Positions 18,766-29,070 of a DNA stretch of 45,325 nucleotides are shown here, one piece after another. The position numbers and the translations under genes were made by a program. The stretch is from NCBI GenBank assembly GCA_040754475.1, contig JBFMCN010000033.1, positions 1 to 45,325 of the forward strand. The letters run 5' to 3'. The notes below the pieces were generated by a model. The model worked only from the letters and a program-made list of their open reading frames with translations. It made no database searches and was not told where the DNA came from. Source of the stretch: Actinomycetota bacterium. GTDB taxonomy: Bacteria; Actinomycetota; UBA4738; HRBIN12. Positions within the stretch are counted from its first letter, which is position 1, and each line of letters opens with the position of its first letter.

Positions 18766-18845
18766 CGCGTCTTAGAACGCTGGAGACGTGACGGGCGTGA
18801 GACCCGCGCTCACGGTAACCGAGGGGATCGCCTCGTCCCTTTCTG

Positions 18846-19379
18846 TCAGGCAGACGGGCGCCCGTGGCCGTTCATCGCAGGGCAAGTATGACCCTCCGGG
18901 TCGATCGGGTTGCCGCAGAACTGACAGAGGGGTCTTCCTCGGGCGGCCACCGCGGCGCTGTGCCGGGAAAGGGCCAGCATCTGCTCCCTCGTGGCCCAGA
19001 GCCGGATCCGCTCTGGATCGGGTCCGGCGAATGCCGGCACCATGCCTTCATCTTCCTTTCCCTCCTCCTGCACCAGCTCCTCCAGCTCGAGCAGGATCAG
19101 GTCGCGCTCCTCCTCGTAACCGATCGACAGGCGGCCCACCTGCCACCTGGCCTCCAGCGGTTCCTCGAGCTCCAGCTCCTCCTCCTCCGGTCCCTCACCC
19201 GTTTCCTTCCCGACGCGAGAGAGGATCTCCAGGATCGAGGCGGCGAGCAGCTCCAACTGCTGCTTGTCCAAGAGCACTGTCACGAGGTCCGTTCCGCTCC
19301 GGGCCTGGAGGTAGAAGGTCCTGCGCCCGGGGTCGCCCACGGCGCCGGCGGTGATGCGGTCGACTCGATCGAGCTCCAT
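18846..19379 (-). CDS. DUF3090 family protein
   Basis: RITAGAVGDPGRRTFYLQAR N-terminus; GRPLCQFCGNPIDPEGHTCP C-terminal Cys motif. Confidence 0.88.
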   Translation of the reverse strand: MELDRVDRITAGAVGDPGRRTFYLQARSGTDLVTVLLDKQQLELLAASILEILSRVGKETGEGPEEEELELEEPLEARWQVGRLSIGYEEERDLILLELEELVQEEGKEDEGMVPAFAGPDPERIRLWATREQMLALSRHSAAVAARGRPLCQFCGNPIDPEGHTCPAMNGHGRPSA

Positions 19380-19383
19380 CGGG

Positions 19384-20574
19384 CTATCCTTGCACCTTCC
19401 GCTCGGAGGCTCTGCCGCCCTGGGTCCGTTCCGGACTCGACTCCAGGGCCGGCAGCCGCACGGTGAACGTCGTGCCGCCTCCGAGCTCGCTTTCGACCTG
19501 CACCGTTCCACCGTGGTTCTCGACGATGTGCTTGACGATCGACAGCCCGAGCCCCGTGCCGCCGGTCTCGCGTGACCGGGCCCTGTCGACCCGGTAGAAG
19601 CGCTCGAAGATCCGCGAGAGGTCCCGGGACGGGATGCCCATGCCCGTGTCCTCGACCTTCAGGAGCGCATTGCCGCCCTCGGGCGAGACGGTCAGATCGA
19701 CGCGTCCGCCGGGTTTCGTGTAGCGGATGGCGTTGTCAACGAGATTGCGGAGGAGCAGCGACAGGTCTGCGGCGGATCCGCGAACGGGAGGGACGGCCTC
19801 CGAGTGCACCGACAGCGTGACCTTGGCTCCGGCCGCTGCTTCCTCGAGACGCTCGGCTTCCTCGAGGAGGATCCGGTCGAGAGCCACGGTCTCTTCCAGG
19901 TTGCTGCCGGACTCGAGACGCGAGAGGTCGAGGAGGTCCGAGACGATCCGGGAGAGCCGGACGGCTTCCAGCTCGAGCTGCTCCGCGAAGCGTGCCACAA
20001 CCGCGGGATCTTCCGATATGGCGGTTCTGATCGTCTCGGCAGCCGCTTGGATGGCGGCTGCTGGAGTCTTCAGCTCGTGCGAGGCGTTGGCGACGAAGTC
20101 ACGCCGGATTGCCTCGAGCCGGCGCGACTCGGTGACATCGCTCACGACGAGCAGGACCGAGCCGTCGTCGCCGACGGGCGTGGCGGCACCGTGGAGCCAC
20201 CGACTCGGCGAGCCGGTCTCGACCTCGGCATGGGCCGGAGCTCGCTCGTCCGCGGCCCGCCGGACCGCATCCCGGAGCCCGAGAGGCAGGATCGCGTCCA
20301 GGGCGGCCGGCCGGCCGCCGAGCAGCCGCCCTGCCGCCGGGTTCGCGAACGCCGCCCGCCCGCTGGGCTCCACCAGCAGTACCCCCTCGCTCATCGACGA
20401 AAGGGACAGCTCCATCGATCGCCGCTCGTCGCTGGCTTCCTCCAGCCGCTCTTCGAGGTCCCTGGCCCGGCGATCTGAGCGGGCGGCGCCCTCACGTGCC
20501 GCGCTCCGACCCCGGAGCGCCACGAAAACCGCGAGAACGGCGAGCACGGTCGCCAAGGCCAGCAGATACTCCAT
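19384..20574 (-). CDS. Phosphate-regulon sensor histidine kinase (SenX3/PhoR-like)
   Basis: Single N-terminal TM, PAS-like region, RRDFVANASHELKTP H-box, NLVDNAIRY, RIFERFYRVDRARSRETGGTGLGLSIV. Confidence 0.93.
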   Translation of the reverse strand: MEYLLALATVLAVLAVFVALRGRSAAREGAARSDRRARDLEERLEEASDERRSMELSLSSMSEGVLLVEPSGRAAFANPAAGRLLGGRPAALDAILPLGLRDAVRRAADERAPAHAEVETGSPSRWLHGAATPVGDDGSVLLVVSDVTESRRLEAIRRDFVANASHELKTPAAAIQAAAETIRTAISEDPAVVARFAEQLELEAVRLSRIVSDLLDLSRLESGSNLEETVALDRILLEEAERLEEAAAGAKVTLSVHSEAVPPVRGSAADLSLLLRNLVDNAIRYTKPGGRVDLTVSPEGGNALLKVEDTGMGIPSRDLSRIFERFYRVDRARSRETGGTGLGLSIVKHIVENHGGTVQVESELGGGTTFTVRLPALESSPERTQGGRASERKVQG

Positions 20575-20659
20575 CGTCGGCAAGTGTAGAAGCGCCGGGC
20601 TGCGATTCACCCCTCCCGCGGGATACGGCCGGGATTCACGGTCGTCCCGAGCATCCGGA

Positions 20660-20740
20660 GTTCGAAACCTGTTCATGTGGTGTTCACGTTGGCGTTCCGG
20701 CGTGGCCACCGGCGACCTCTAGCATCCGCGGTGGGTGAAC
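20660..20740. promoter_or_regulatory. PHO-box-like direct repeats in the divergent kinase/pstS promoter
   Basis: GTTCG (20660), GTTCA (20671) and GTTCA (20682) at 11-nt spacing, GTTCC at 20694, and GTTCACC on the minus strand at 20734-20740. Confidence 0.75.
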
Positions 20741-20783
20741 GGCCCACCCGGCGTTCTGAGCTCTCTCACGGAGGAGGGGGAAC

Positions 20784-21812
20784 ATGCGGAAGGCCAGGAA
20801 GTGGCTCACGGCGATCGCGGCCGTCACGTCTCTTGCGCTCCTTGCGACCGCCTGTGGTGGCAACGACGGAGGAGGCGGGACCGGAGGCTCGGGCGGGGAT
20901 CTGACCGGCACGATCGTGGTCTCCGGCTCGTCGACGGTACTTCCCATCTCGAGCCTCGTGGCCGAGCTGTTCAACGAGGAGGTTGCTCCGAACGTGGCGA
21001 TCCTGGTCGACGGGCCGGGCACGGGCGACGGTTTCGTGCTCTTCTGCGACGGCGAGACCGACATCAGCGATGCGTCCCGTCCGATCGACGAGGAAGAGGC
21101 GGCGGCTTGCGCCGATGCCGGCGTCGAGTACGTGGAACTGGAGGTCGGGATCGACGGGATCGCGGTCCTCACGAACCCCGCCAACGGCGCGGTGGCCTGC
21201 TTGAACCAGGCGGACCTGTACGCGCTGTTCGGCCCTGAGTCCGAGGGCTTCGTGAGATGGTCGGACGCGAACCGCCTCGCAACTGAGATCGGGGGGACGG
21301 GCGACTTCCCTGACGCCCCGCTCGAGATCACAGCACCGGGCGAGGAGTCGGGCACGTACGACTCCTTCATAGAGATCAACGGGTTCGAGGACATCGCGCT
21401 CGAGCGCGATGTCTCCGAGGACCAAGCGGGATCGCTCCGCAAGGACTACCAAGCCTCGCCAGACGACAATGTGATCATCGCGGCCATGGAAGGATCGGAC
21501 ACGCCCCTGGGCTTCGTCGGGTTCGCGTATGCAGAAGACGCTGGGGACGCCGTGAAGGAGGTAGCCATCGACGGCGGTACGGGCTGCGTGGCACCGACCA
21601 GGGACTCGATCGCGGACGGCTCCTATCCGATCTCGCGATCGCTCTACATCTACGTGAACACCACTAGGGCCGCCGAGAGTGACGCGGTCTCCGCCTTCGT
21701 GGACTTCTACCTGAGCGACACGGGTCTTGTCGACGTTGTGGGCGAGGTCGGATACGTTTCGCTGCCAAGCGAGCGAATCGAGGCCGCCCGCGCCGCGTGG
21801 GAGGCAGCGTAG
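20784..21812 (+). CDS. pstS: Phosphate ABC transporter substrate-binding lipoprotein
   Basis: GGAGG ribosome-binding site; lipobox LATAC; SGSSTV, GTGDGF, DASRPI, SGTYDSF and YPISRSLYIY motifs. Confidence 0.95.
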   Translation: MRKARKWLTAIAAVTSLALLATACGGNDGGGGTGGSGGDLTGTIVVSGSSTVLPISSLVAELFNEEVAPNVAILVDGPGTGDGFVLFCDGETDISDASRPIDEEEAAACADAGVEYVELEVGIDGIAVLTNPANGAVACLNQADLYALFGPESEGFVRWSDANRLATEIGGTGDFPDAPLEITAPGEESGTYDSFIEINGFEDIALERDVSEDQAGSLRKDYQASPDDNVIIAAMEGSDTPLGFVGFAYAEDAGDAVKEVAIDGGTGCVAPTRDSIADGSYPISRSLYIYVNTTRAAESDAVSAFVDFYLSDTGLVDVVGEVGYVSLPSERIEAARAAWEAA

Positions 21813-21858
21813 CCGTCCGGCAATCGCCGATACCGAGGGGGGTGAGTTCGCGGCTGGC

Positions 21859-22797
21859 ATGACCATCGAGACCACCGGCAGGCTCCTGACCCTCGAGGTC
21901 ATGCGGGGCAGCACCAAGCGTAGACGCAAGGAACTCATGGTGCGTGGTCTCCTCTCGGCGGCTGCCTTGCTCGGCCTCGTCGTCAGCCTCGCGATCGTGC
22001 TCGCGCTGATCGGGGAGGCCATCCGGTGGCTCTTGTCCGTTGATCTTCGCTGGTTGTGGGCCGACGGATGGTTCCCCCGCCGCAACGAGTTCGACGTGCT
22101 GACGATCTTCGCCGGAACGATGATCGTCGCGATCGTTGCGATGGTCGTCGCCGCTCCGATCGGGCTGGGTGCCGCCGCCTACCTGTCCGAATACGCGAGC
22201 CCAAGGATGCGGCGCGTGCTGAAGCCGATCCTGGAGACGCTCGCCAGCATCCCCAGCGTTGTGCTCGGGTACTTCGCGCTCCAGTGGATCACCCCGAGCT
22301 TCGTTCAGAAGGTGTTGCCGGACGCGGGTACGTTCAACCTGCTCGCCGCTGGCCTCGGCGTCGGGATTCTCACGATCCCGCTCGTCGCTTCGGTTGCGGA
22401 GGACGCGATGTACGCCGTCCCCCGCGATCTCCGTGAGGCGGCGTACGGGATCGGCGCTCGTCGACACACGGTGACGACGAGGGTCGTCTTCCCGGCTGCG
22501 GTCTCGGGCATCGTGGCGTCCCTCATCCTCGGGTTCTCGCGGGCGGTCGGAGAGACGATGGTGGTCGCGATCGCCGCGGGGGGGACGGGCGGGGCGCTTC
22601 GGACCCTGAACCCGCTCGAACGGGGGCAGACGATGACCGGCGCCGTCTCCTCGCTCGCGATCGGCTCGGACCAGGTGCAGGGGTCCGGCTTCGCCTTCGA
22701 CAGCCTCTTCTTCGTCGGGCTGCTGCTGTTCGTCATCACGTTCGCACTGAACATCTTCAGCGAGCGGTTCGTCCGTCGTGTGAGGAGGCAGCACTGA
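21859..22797 (+). CDS. pstC: Phosphate ABC transporter permease
   Basis: AAYLSEYA, LASIPSVVLG, LREAAYGIGA and SRAVGETMVV motifs. Confidence 0.95.
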   Translation: MTIETTGRLLTLEVMRGSTKRRRKELMVRGLLSAAALLGLVVSLAIVLALIGEAIRWLLSVDLRWLWADGWFPRRNEFDVLTIFAGTMIVAIVAMVVAAPIGLGAAAYLSEYASPRMRRVLKPILETLASIPSVVLGYFALQWITPSFVQKVLPDAGTFNLLAAGLGVGILTIPLVASVAEDAMYAVPRDLREAAYGIGARRHTVTTRVVFPAAVSGIVASLILGFSRAVGETMVVAIAAGGTGGALRTLNPLERGQTMTGAVSSLAIGSDQVQGSGFAFDSLFFVGLLLFVITFALNIFSERFVRRVRRQH

Positions 22798-23738
22798 TGG
22801 CGGTCGTGACCTCCGGCGACGTCCGCGGCCCGATCGAGCTGGGGCTTCGCGGTCAGAAGCGCGATGTCCGGGGGCTGATGCTCCGCTTCGGGCTGCTCGG
22901 GACGCTCCTGCTCGCACTCGCGGTCCTGCTGACCCTGCTCGCCACGACGCTGGTGGAGGCCTGGCCGGTTCTCTCGGAGCGTGGTCTGGACTTCGTGATG
23001 GAGAACACGTCGAGCCTCGCGAGCAGGACCGGTGTACGACAGGGTCTGGTCGGCTCTCTGGTGCTCACGGGGTTCGTTGCCGTCATAGCGCTGCCCATAG
23101 GTGTCGCTGCGGCCATCTACCTTCAGGAGTACGCGCGCGATACGCGACTCAATCGGATTCTGATCTCCAACATCCGGAACCTGGCGGGGGTTCCCTCGGT
23201 CGTCTACGGGATCCTCGGACTCGTCGTGTTCGTGAAGGCTCTCCGGAGCGTGACCGGTCCCGACAGTTACGGCAGGAGCTACTTCTCGGGCGGTCTGACG
23301 CTGGCCGTGCTCGTTATGCCGATCGTGATCCTCATCACCATGGAGGCACTCCGTGCGGTTCCGAAGAGCATCCGCGAGGGTGCGTACGGGGTGGGTGCGA
23401 CCCGTTGGGAGGTCGTGCGCAGCCACGTGCTTCCATACGCGGCGCCGGGGGTCTTCACCGGCGCCATCCTCGCTCTCGCACGGGCGTTCGGGGAGACTGC
23501 TCCGCTGCTGCTCGTCGGCGCGGTGACCGGCTACCTGAACACGCCGGGCCGCGATCTCCTCGAGATGCTTCGGGGGCCGTACACAGCACTTCCCACTCAG
23601 GTCTACGCGTGGGCGAAGCTGCCGGGCGAGGATTGGCAGGCGAACACGGCGGCTGCCATCATCGTCCTGCTCGTCGGCATCCTTGCAGTGAACTTCATCG
23701 CCATCCTGCTGAGAAACCGATATGCGCGGAAGTGGTGA
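22797..23738 (+). CDS. pstA: Phosphate ABC transporter permease
   Basis: [18 protein letters not shown]...REGAYGVGA and [10 protein letters not shown] motifs; coupled to pstC. Confidence 0.95.
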   Translation: MAVVTSGDVRGPIELGLRGQKRDVRGLMLRFGLLGTLLLALAVLLTLLATTLVEAWPVLSERGLDFVMENTSSLASRTGVRQGLVGSLVLTGFVAVIALPIGVAAAIYLQEYARDTRLNRILISNIRNLAGVPSVVYGILGLVVFVKALRSVTGPDSYGRSYFSGGLTLAVLVMPIVILITMEALRAVPKSIREGAYGVGATRWEVVRSHVLPYAAPGVFTGAILALARAFGETAPLLLVGAVTGYLNTPGRDLLEMLRGPYTALPTQVYAWAKLPGEDWQANTAAAIIVLLVGILAVNFIAILLRNRYARKW

Positions 23739-23742
23739 TCCG

Positions 23743-24630
23743 ATGCACGTGGAGGGAAGCTCCGCGGTTGCGGCGACGTCCGACGAGTCGAAGGGGATGC
23801 TGCGCCTCGATGTGCTGAAGGATCGTCCAGACGGCACGCCAGAAGGCATCCTCGAGACCGTGTTCGACATCCAGGACGTCTCGGTCTACTACGGGGACTT
23901 CCGGGCTGTGCGGAACGTGACTCTGCCCATACTCAGAAACCAGATCACCGCCCTGATCGGGCCCTCGGGCTGCGGCAAGACCACGCTGTTGCGCTGCCTG
24001 AACCGCATGAACGACCTGATCGAGGGCGTCCGCGTCGAAGGCAAGCTCCTCTACCACGGCGTCGACCTCTACGATCCGCAGGTCGACCCCGTCGAGGTCC
24101 GCAGACGGATCGGCATGGTGTTCCAGAAGCCGAACCCGTTCCCCAAGTCGATCTTCGACAACATAGCCTTCGGTCCGAAGATCGCCGGTTTCAGGGGCAA
24201 CATGGCCGACCTCGTGGAGGAATCACTCACGCGCGCGGCGCTCTGGGACGAAGTCAAGGACAAGCTGAAGGAGTCCGGCCTCGCTCTCTCCGGAGGCCAG
24301 CAGCAGCGCCTGTGTATCGCGCGGGCGATCGCGACGCGACCTGACGTGATCCTCATGGACGAGCCGTGCTCGTCGCTCGACCCCATCGCTACTCAGCGGA
24401 TCGAGGACCTCATGCACGACCTCGTGAGCGACTACTCGATCGTCATCGTCACGCACAACATGCAGCAGGCGGCGCGGGTCTCGGACCGAACCGCGTTCCT
24501 CACCGTCGAAGTGCACGAGGAGACGGGCCACCGCACCGGCACGCTCGTCGAGTACGACCTGACCGAGACGATCTTCACGAACCCCTCCCACAAGCGGACT
24601 GAGGACTACGTCACCGGGAGGTTCGGCTGA
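23743..24630 (+). CDS. pstB: Phosphate ABC transporter ATP-binding protein
   Basis: Walker [35 protein letters not shown] and [10 protein letters not shown]; exact start uncertain. Confidence 0.96.
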   Translation: MHVEGSSAVAATSDESKGMLRLDVLKDRPDGTPEGILETVFDIQDVSVYYGDFRAVRNVTLPILRNQITALIGPSGCGKTTLLRCLNRMNDLIEGVRVEGKLLYHGVDLYDPQVDPVEVRRRIGMVFQKPNPFPKSIFDNIAFGPKIAGFRGNMADLVEESLTRAALWDEVKDKLKESGLALSGGQQQRLCIARAIATRPDVILMDEPCSSLDPIATQRIEDLMHDLVSDYSIVIVTHNMQQAARVSDRTAFLTVEVHEETGHRTGTLVEYDLTETIFTNPSHKRTEDYVTGRFG

Positions 24631-25319
24631 TGCCACGGACCCAGTTCCACGATGAGCTCGACAGGCTCGAGCTGCAGCTGCTCACGATGGGCGAGCTGGC
24701 CGCAGACGCGGTCCGCAAGGCGGTCGATGCCCTGCTTGAGCACGACGACGAGAAGGCACTCGGCGTGATCGCCGGCGACGACGAGATCGACAAGCTCTAC
24801 GTTTCGATAGACCACGGGATGCTTTCGCTGCTCGCGCTCCAGGCACCGGTGGCCACCGACCTCCGACTCGTCTCGGCCATCATGCACTCGAGCGGACACC
24901 TTGAGCGCATCGCGGATCAGGCGGTCAACATCGCGAAGCTCTACGAGGTGACGCGCCATCTGCCCAGCAGCCAGGCGATCCTCGAGATGATCGGCGAGAT
25001 GGGGGACATGGCCATCGCGATGATCCGGTGCGCGATGGAGGCGTTCCGACACCGGGACGCGATCATGTGCGCGCGCCTCGACGAGATGGACGACCCGATC
25101 GACCGTATGAACCGGCACATGCACCTTGAGGTCGCGAAGCTCGCCGAGGATCACGAGGCGCTCGACTGGGGCATGCACATGAACACGGTCGCTCGTGCGC
25201 TCGAGCGGGTCGGCGACAACTGCGTCGATGTCGGTGAGCAGGTCCACTTCCTGCTGACCGGCGAGTACCGTGAGTTCACGGATGCGTCGGAGACGGGGAT
25301 CGCCGCGGATGACACCTGA
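24630..25319 (+). CDS. phoU: Phosphate signalling complex protein PhoU
   Basis: QAPVATDLR, LERIADQA and ARALERVGD; two PhoU repeats. Confidence 0.95.
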   Translation: MPRTQFHDELDRLELQLLTMGELAADAVRKAVDALLEHDDEKALGVIAGDDEIDKLYVSIDHGMLSLLALQAPVATDLRLVSAIMHSSGHLERIADQAVNIAKLYEVTRHLPSSQAILEMIGEMGDMAIAMIRCAMEAFRHRDAIMCARLDEMDDPIDRMNRHMHLEVAKLAEDHEALDWGMHMNTVARALERVGDNCVDVGEQVHFLLTGEYREFTDASETGIAADDT

Positions 25320-26037
25320 TTCCAGCGCATCGTCCCACGGCACGGAAGCGGCTTCGCGAATCCTGGTCGTGGAGGACGAGGAATCGCTTGCCGACACGCT
25401 GCGGTACAACCTCGAACGCGAGGGATACGCAGTGACTGTTGCGGCCGACGGCCGTCGTGCTCTCGAACGCTTCAAAGCCGAGGCTCCGATCTTGGTCATC
25501 CTCGACCTGATGCTGCCGGAGTTGCCGGGCCTGGACGTCTGCCGTGCGATCCGGGCCGAATCGGACGTGCCGATCATCATCGTCACGGCCAAAGACTCCG
25601 AGGCGGACAGGGTCGCCGGTCTCGAGCTCGGGGCCGACGACTACGTGACGAAGCCCTTCTCCGTCCGCGAGCTCGTCTCGCGCGTTCGCGCCAACTTGCG
25701 TCGAGCCCGACTGCAGCCACCGCTGCTCCGAGCCGAGGACGTGCTCGAGGTCGGGCCGATCAGGATGGACGTTGCCAGGCACGAGGTTCTGGTCCGCGAA
25801 GAGGCAGTGGCTCTTCCGCCGAAGGAGTTCGAGCTGCTGGAGACGTTTCTGCTTCGCCGAGGTCGACTTCTCAGGCGGGACTTCCTGATCCAGGAGGTCT
25901 GGGGCGCCGACTACTACGGGGACACGAAGACCCTCGACGTCCACGTCAAACGGCTTCGCCAGAAGATCGAGACCGATCCGCACAGGCCACAGCACCTGAT
26001 AACCGTTCGGGGCTTCGGCTACAAGCTGGTCGACTGA
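25309..26037 (+). CDS. OmpR-family response regulator (RegX3/PhoB-like)
   Basis: ILVVEDE, LDLMLP, GADDYVTKPFS; winged helix VWGADYYGDTKTLDVHVKRLR typical of RegX3. Confidence 0.93.
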   Translation: MTPDSSASSHGTEAASRILVVEDEESLADTLRYNLEREGYAVTVAADGRRALERFKAEAPILVILDLMLPELPGLDVCRAIRAESDVPIIIVTAKDSEADRVAGLELGADDYVTKPFSVRELVSRVRANLRRARLQPPLLRAEDVLEVGPIRMDVARHEVLVREEAVALPPKEFELLETFLLRRGRLLRRDFLIQEVWGADYYGDTKTLDVHVKRLRQKIETDPHRPQHLITVRGFGYKLVD

Positions 26038-26369
26038 GGTCGTCCGAGAAACCGCCGCTCCCGCGGTGCGAGCCCTCGACGACATGCAAGAAGCCCCGCG
26101 ATCCACGGGACCGTCCTCCCGCCCCGATGGGGGACTGCCGAGATCCTGACAGGCGTCCTCGACGGTCGACGCACTGGAAGGTCGCGGCAATTCCCCTGCA
26201 TCGCAAGCTTCATGAGCGTGCCCAGGCGTGCGGGCGCCGGCCACCGGGTGTTCCGACTCGCCGGCCCGTCGATGAGCGTCGAGCGCCTCGACAGCGTTTG
26301 CCGCGCCCCCACGTTGGGTGGTATCTAAGCCGGGCAAGTCCCGGCCCCCGACGAGCGAGGGAGAGCAGC

Positions 26370-26996
26370 GTGCCACGATGGAGGCTCCGTCTCGTGCCGC
26401 GCGACGAGAGCTTCTTCGAGCTGTTCGTGCGGCAGGCGGAGAACATCCAGGCTGCGGCCGATACTCTGCGGGACCTGGTCGGGGACTGCCGGGAGGCGGG
26501 CAGACGCGCGGCACGACTTCGTGATCTCGAGCACGAGGGGGACGAGATCACGCACGAGGTGATGCGGCGCCTGAACACGGTATTCGTGACGCCGCTCGAT
26601 CACGAGGACATCCACAAGCTTTCGTCGACCCTCGACGACGTCCTCGATCACATAGAGGCCGCCGGTGACCTGTTCGACCTACACAAGATCGACAGCCCGC
26701 TGCCGGCGATGGTGTCCCAGGCGGAGGTGCTCCTGCGAGCCTCCGAGGCTCTTTTGGAAGCGCTCAAGGTGCTCCCGAAGTACGACAAGCTGAGTCCCTA
26801 CTGGGTCGAGATCAACCGGATCGAGAACGAGGGCGATCGCGTCTACCGGCAGGCGGTCGCCGACCTGTTCAGCGGCGAGTATCGGGCGATGGACGTGTTG
26901 AAGTGGAAGGAGATCATCGACGAGATCGAAGCCGCCATCGACAAGGTCGAGGACGTGTCCGACGCTCTCGAATCGATCGCGCTGAAACACGCCTGA
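26370..26996 (+). CDS. DUF47 / Pit accessory protein (PhoU-like fold)
   Basis: FFELF, LEHEGDEITH, FVTPLDHEDI and IENEGD; coupled to pit. Confidence 0.92.
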   Translation: MPRWRLRLVPRDESFFELFVRQAENIQAAADTLRDLVGDCREAGRRAARLRDLEHEGDEITHEVMRRLNTVFVTPLDHEDIHKLSSTLDDVLDHIEAAGDLFDLHKIDSPLPAMVSQAEVLLRASEALLEALKVLPKYDKLSPYWVEINRIENEGDRVYRQAVADLFSGEYRAMDVLKWKEIIDEIEAAIDKVEDVSDALESIALKHA

Positions 26997-27991
26997 TGCC
27001 GCTCTGGATCGTCTTGGCGCTCGCGTACTTCTTCGAGTTCGCGAACGGATGGACGGATGCTCCCAACTCGATCGCGACCGTCGTCTCAACGCGGGTCCTC
27101 AAGCCCCACTACGCCGTGATCATGGCCGCCACGTTGAATCTGGTCGGCGCGCTGTCCGGGACGGCGGTGGCGAAGACCATCGGGGAGAACATCCTGGACC
27201 CGAGGTTCGTCTCGCTCGAGACGGTTGCGGCCGCCGTCCTCGCGGCCAGCATCTGGGCGCTCGGCGCGCAGTACTTCGGGCTTCCGTCCAGCGAGTCGCA
27301 TGCCCTAGTCGCCGGCTTGCTCGGTGCCGGGTTCGCGGTTGGAGGGCTCGTACCGCTCAGGTGGAAGGGCACGCAGGCATCGCTCATCGGCCTCGTGACG
27401 TCGCCGATCGGAGGCTTCATCGGCGGCTTCCTACTGATGCTGCTCATCTACTGGGCGTTCCGCCGCGTCCGGCGTCCCGTCGTGAGCCGCATCTTCGGCA
27501 AGGCGCAGGTCTTCTCGGCGGCCTTCATGGCCTTCAGCCACGGGACGAACGACGCGCAGAAGACGATGGGCATCATCGCGCTGGCCCTGGTTCTGAATCG
27601 CGCCGGGACCGGCGCGGGCGCGGGCACGGAGCTCGACATCCCGCTGTGGGTGATCGTGTCCTGCGCGCTGGTGATGGGGGCAGGGACGATGATCGGCGGG
27701 TGGCGCGTCGTTCGCACGATAGGCCTGCGGATGACCAAGCTCGAGCCCGTTCACGGCTTCGCCGCGGAGACCGGAGCAGCTCTTGTGATCACCACGGCCG
27801 CCCGGTTCGGCATGCCCGTCTCCACCACGCACGCCATCGGGTCGTCGATCATGGGTGTGGGCGCCACGAGGCGGCTCTCCGCCGTCAGGTGGGGCGTCGC
27901 GGGGCAGGTCGTGATGGCCTGGATCCTCACGTGGCCGTCCTGCATGGTGATGGGGTTCCTGATCGAGAAGCTGTTCCGAGCCGTTCTCTAG
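26996..27991 (+). CDS. pit: Inorganic phosphate transporter (PiT family)
   Basis: NGWTDAPNSIAT, GLPSSESHAL, SHGTNDAQKTMG and PVSTTH motifs. Confidence 0.94.
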   Translation: MPLWIVLALAYFFEFANGWTDAPNSIATVVSTRVLKPHYAVIMAATLNLVGALSGTAVAKTIGENILDPRFVSLETVAAAVLAASIWALGAQYFGLPSSESHALVAGLLGAGFAVGGLVPLRWKGTQASLIGLVTSPIGGFIGGFLLMLLIYWAFRRVRRPVVSRIFGKAQVFSAAFMAFSHGTNDAQKTMGIIALALVLNRAGTGAGAGTELDIPLWVIVSCALVMGAGTMIGGWRVVRTIGLRMTKLEPVHGFAAETGAALVITTAARFGMPVSTTHAIGSSIMGVGATRRLSAVRWGVAGQVVMAWILTWPSCMVMGFLIEKLFRAVL

Positions 27992-28019
27992 GCTCCAGCC
28001 CCGCGGTAGGCTCGTGCCG

Positions 28020-29009
28020 ATGATCACGTCGCGCGTCTACCGCGACGGCGAGCTCGAGGCGGAGACGCCGTTCGAGCGCGCCTCGATCGAGGCCGCACGC
28101 TCAGGGGGCCTCCGCATGTGGCTCGACGTGATCGAGCCGACCGACGAGGAGCTCGAGACCCTTCGGGACGTGTTTGGCCTCCACGAGCTCGCGATCGAGG
28201 ACAGCCGGAACTGGGGCCAGCGCGCGAAGGTCGAGTTATACCCGGAGGCCGGCCACATCTTCCTGGTGGCTCACGGCCTCGGCCTCGACGAGGACGACGA
28301 GCTCGTGGACAGCGAGGTGCACCTGTTCGCGGGTCGGCAGCTCTTCCTGATCACGGTTCGGCGGGAGCCGCTGTTCGACTTCGCGAGGGCGCAGGAGCGC
28401 GTGTGGAGCGAGCTCGGCCTCGACGGCGAGGGTATGGGGTTCCAGCTCTACCTGCTGCTCGACGAGATCGTCGACCGCTACCTGGACACCGTGGACCGCC
28501 TGGAGGACATGTCCGACGATATCGAGGAGCGCGTGAGCGACGACGATCCCGCGACGGGCGCGAACGCCGCGGGGCTCGCCGCGGACATCTTCCACCTGCG
28601 GAGGGAGGTCGTGCGGTTCCGGCGGCTCGTGGTGCCGATGCGAGAGGTCGTCGACTTGCTGATGGAGTCGCCCGGCCTTGTGACCCCGGCGCTCGTTCCC
28701 TACTACCGGGACGTGCTCGACCACGTCATCCGGGCGACGGAGCTGATCGACAACGTCAGGGACCTGCTGACGTCGGCACGGGAGCTCCAGCTCGCGCAGG
28801 TCTCGAACCGCCTGAACGTCGTCATGAAGCAGGTCACGTCGTGGGCCGCGATCATCCTCCTCCCGACCCTCATCGCGGGCATCTACGGCATGAACTTCCG
28901 GCACATGCCCGAGCTGTCGTGGAAGGTCGGGTACCCACTGGCTCTCGGGATGATGGGGCTGGCGGCGTTCGTCCTGTATCGCGTGTTCAAGAAGCGGGAC
29001 TGGCTGTAG
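28020..29009 (+). CDS. corA: CorA-family Mg2+/Co2+ transporter
   Basis: [29 protein letters not shown] and MPEL signatures. Confidence 0.94.
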   Translation: MITSRVYRDGELEAETPFERASIEAARSGGLRMWLDVIEPTDEELETLRDVFGLHELAIEDSRNWGQRAKVELYPEAGHIFLVAHGLGLDEDDELVDSEVHLFAGRQLFLITVRREPLFDFARAQERVWSELGLDGEGMGFQLYLLLDEIVDRYLDTVDRLEDMSDDIEERVSDDDPATGANAAGLAADIFHLRREVVRFRRLVVPMREVVDLLMESPGLVTPALVPYYRDVLDHVIRATELIDNVRDLLTSARELQLAQVSNRLNVVMKQVTSWAAIILLPTLIAGIYGMNFRHMPELSWKVGYPLALGMMGLAAFVLYRVFKKRDWL

Positions 29010-29070
29010 CGGTGTGACGGCCGGGGCCGACGCGCCAAGCGATCCGAGCCCAGGTCGGTACGATGAGTAC

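Noticed and set aside
20766-23870. Long minus-strand ORFs (439, 417 and 521 aa)
   Set aside because: Antisense to pstS, pstC and pstA, with no recognisable motifs.
26038-26369. 330-nt gap between the regulator and DUF47, possibly a small gene or ncRNA
   Set aside because: The ORFs there have no coding-like character, and no PHO-like repeats or recognisable RNA motif were found.
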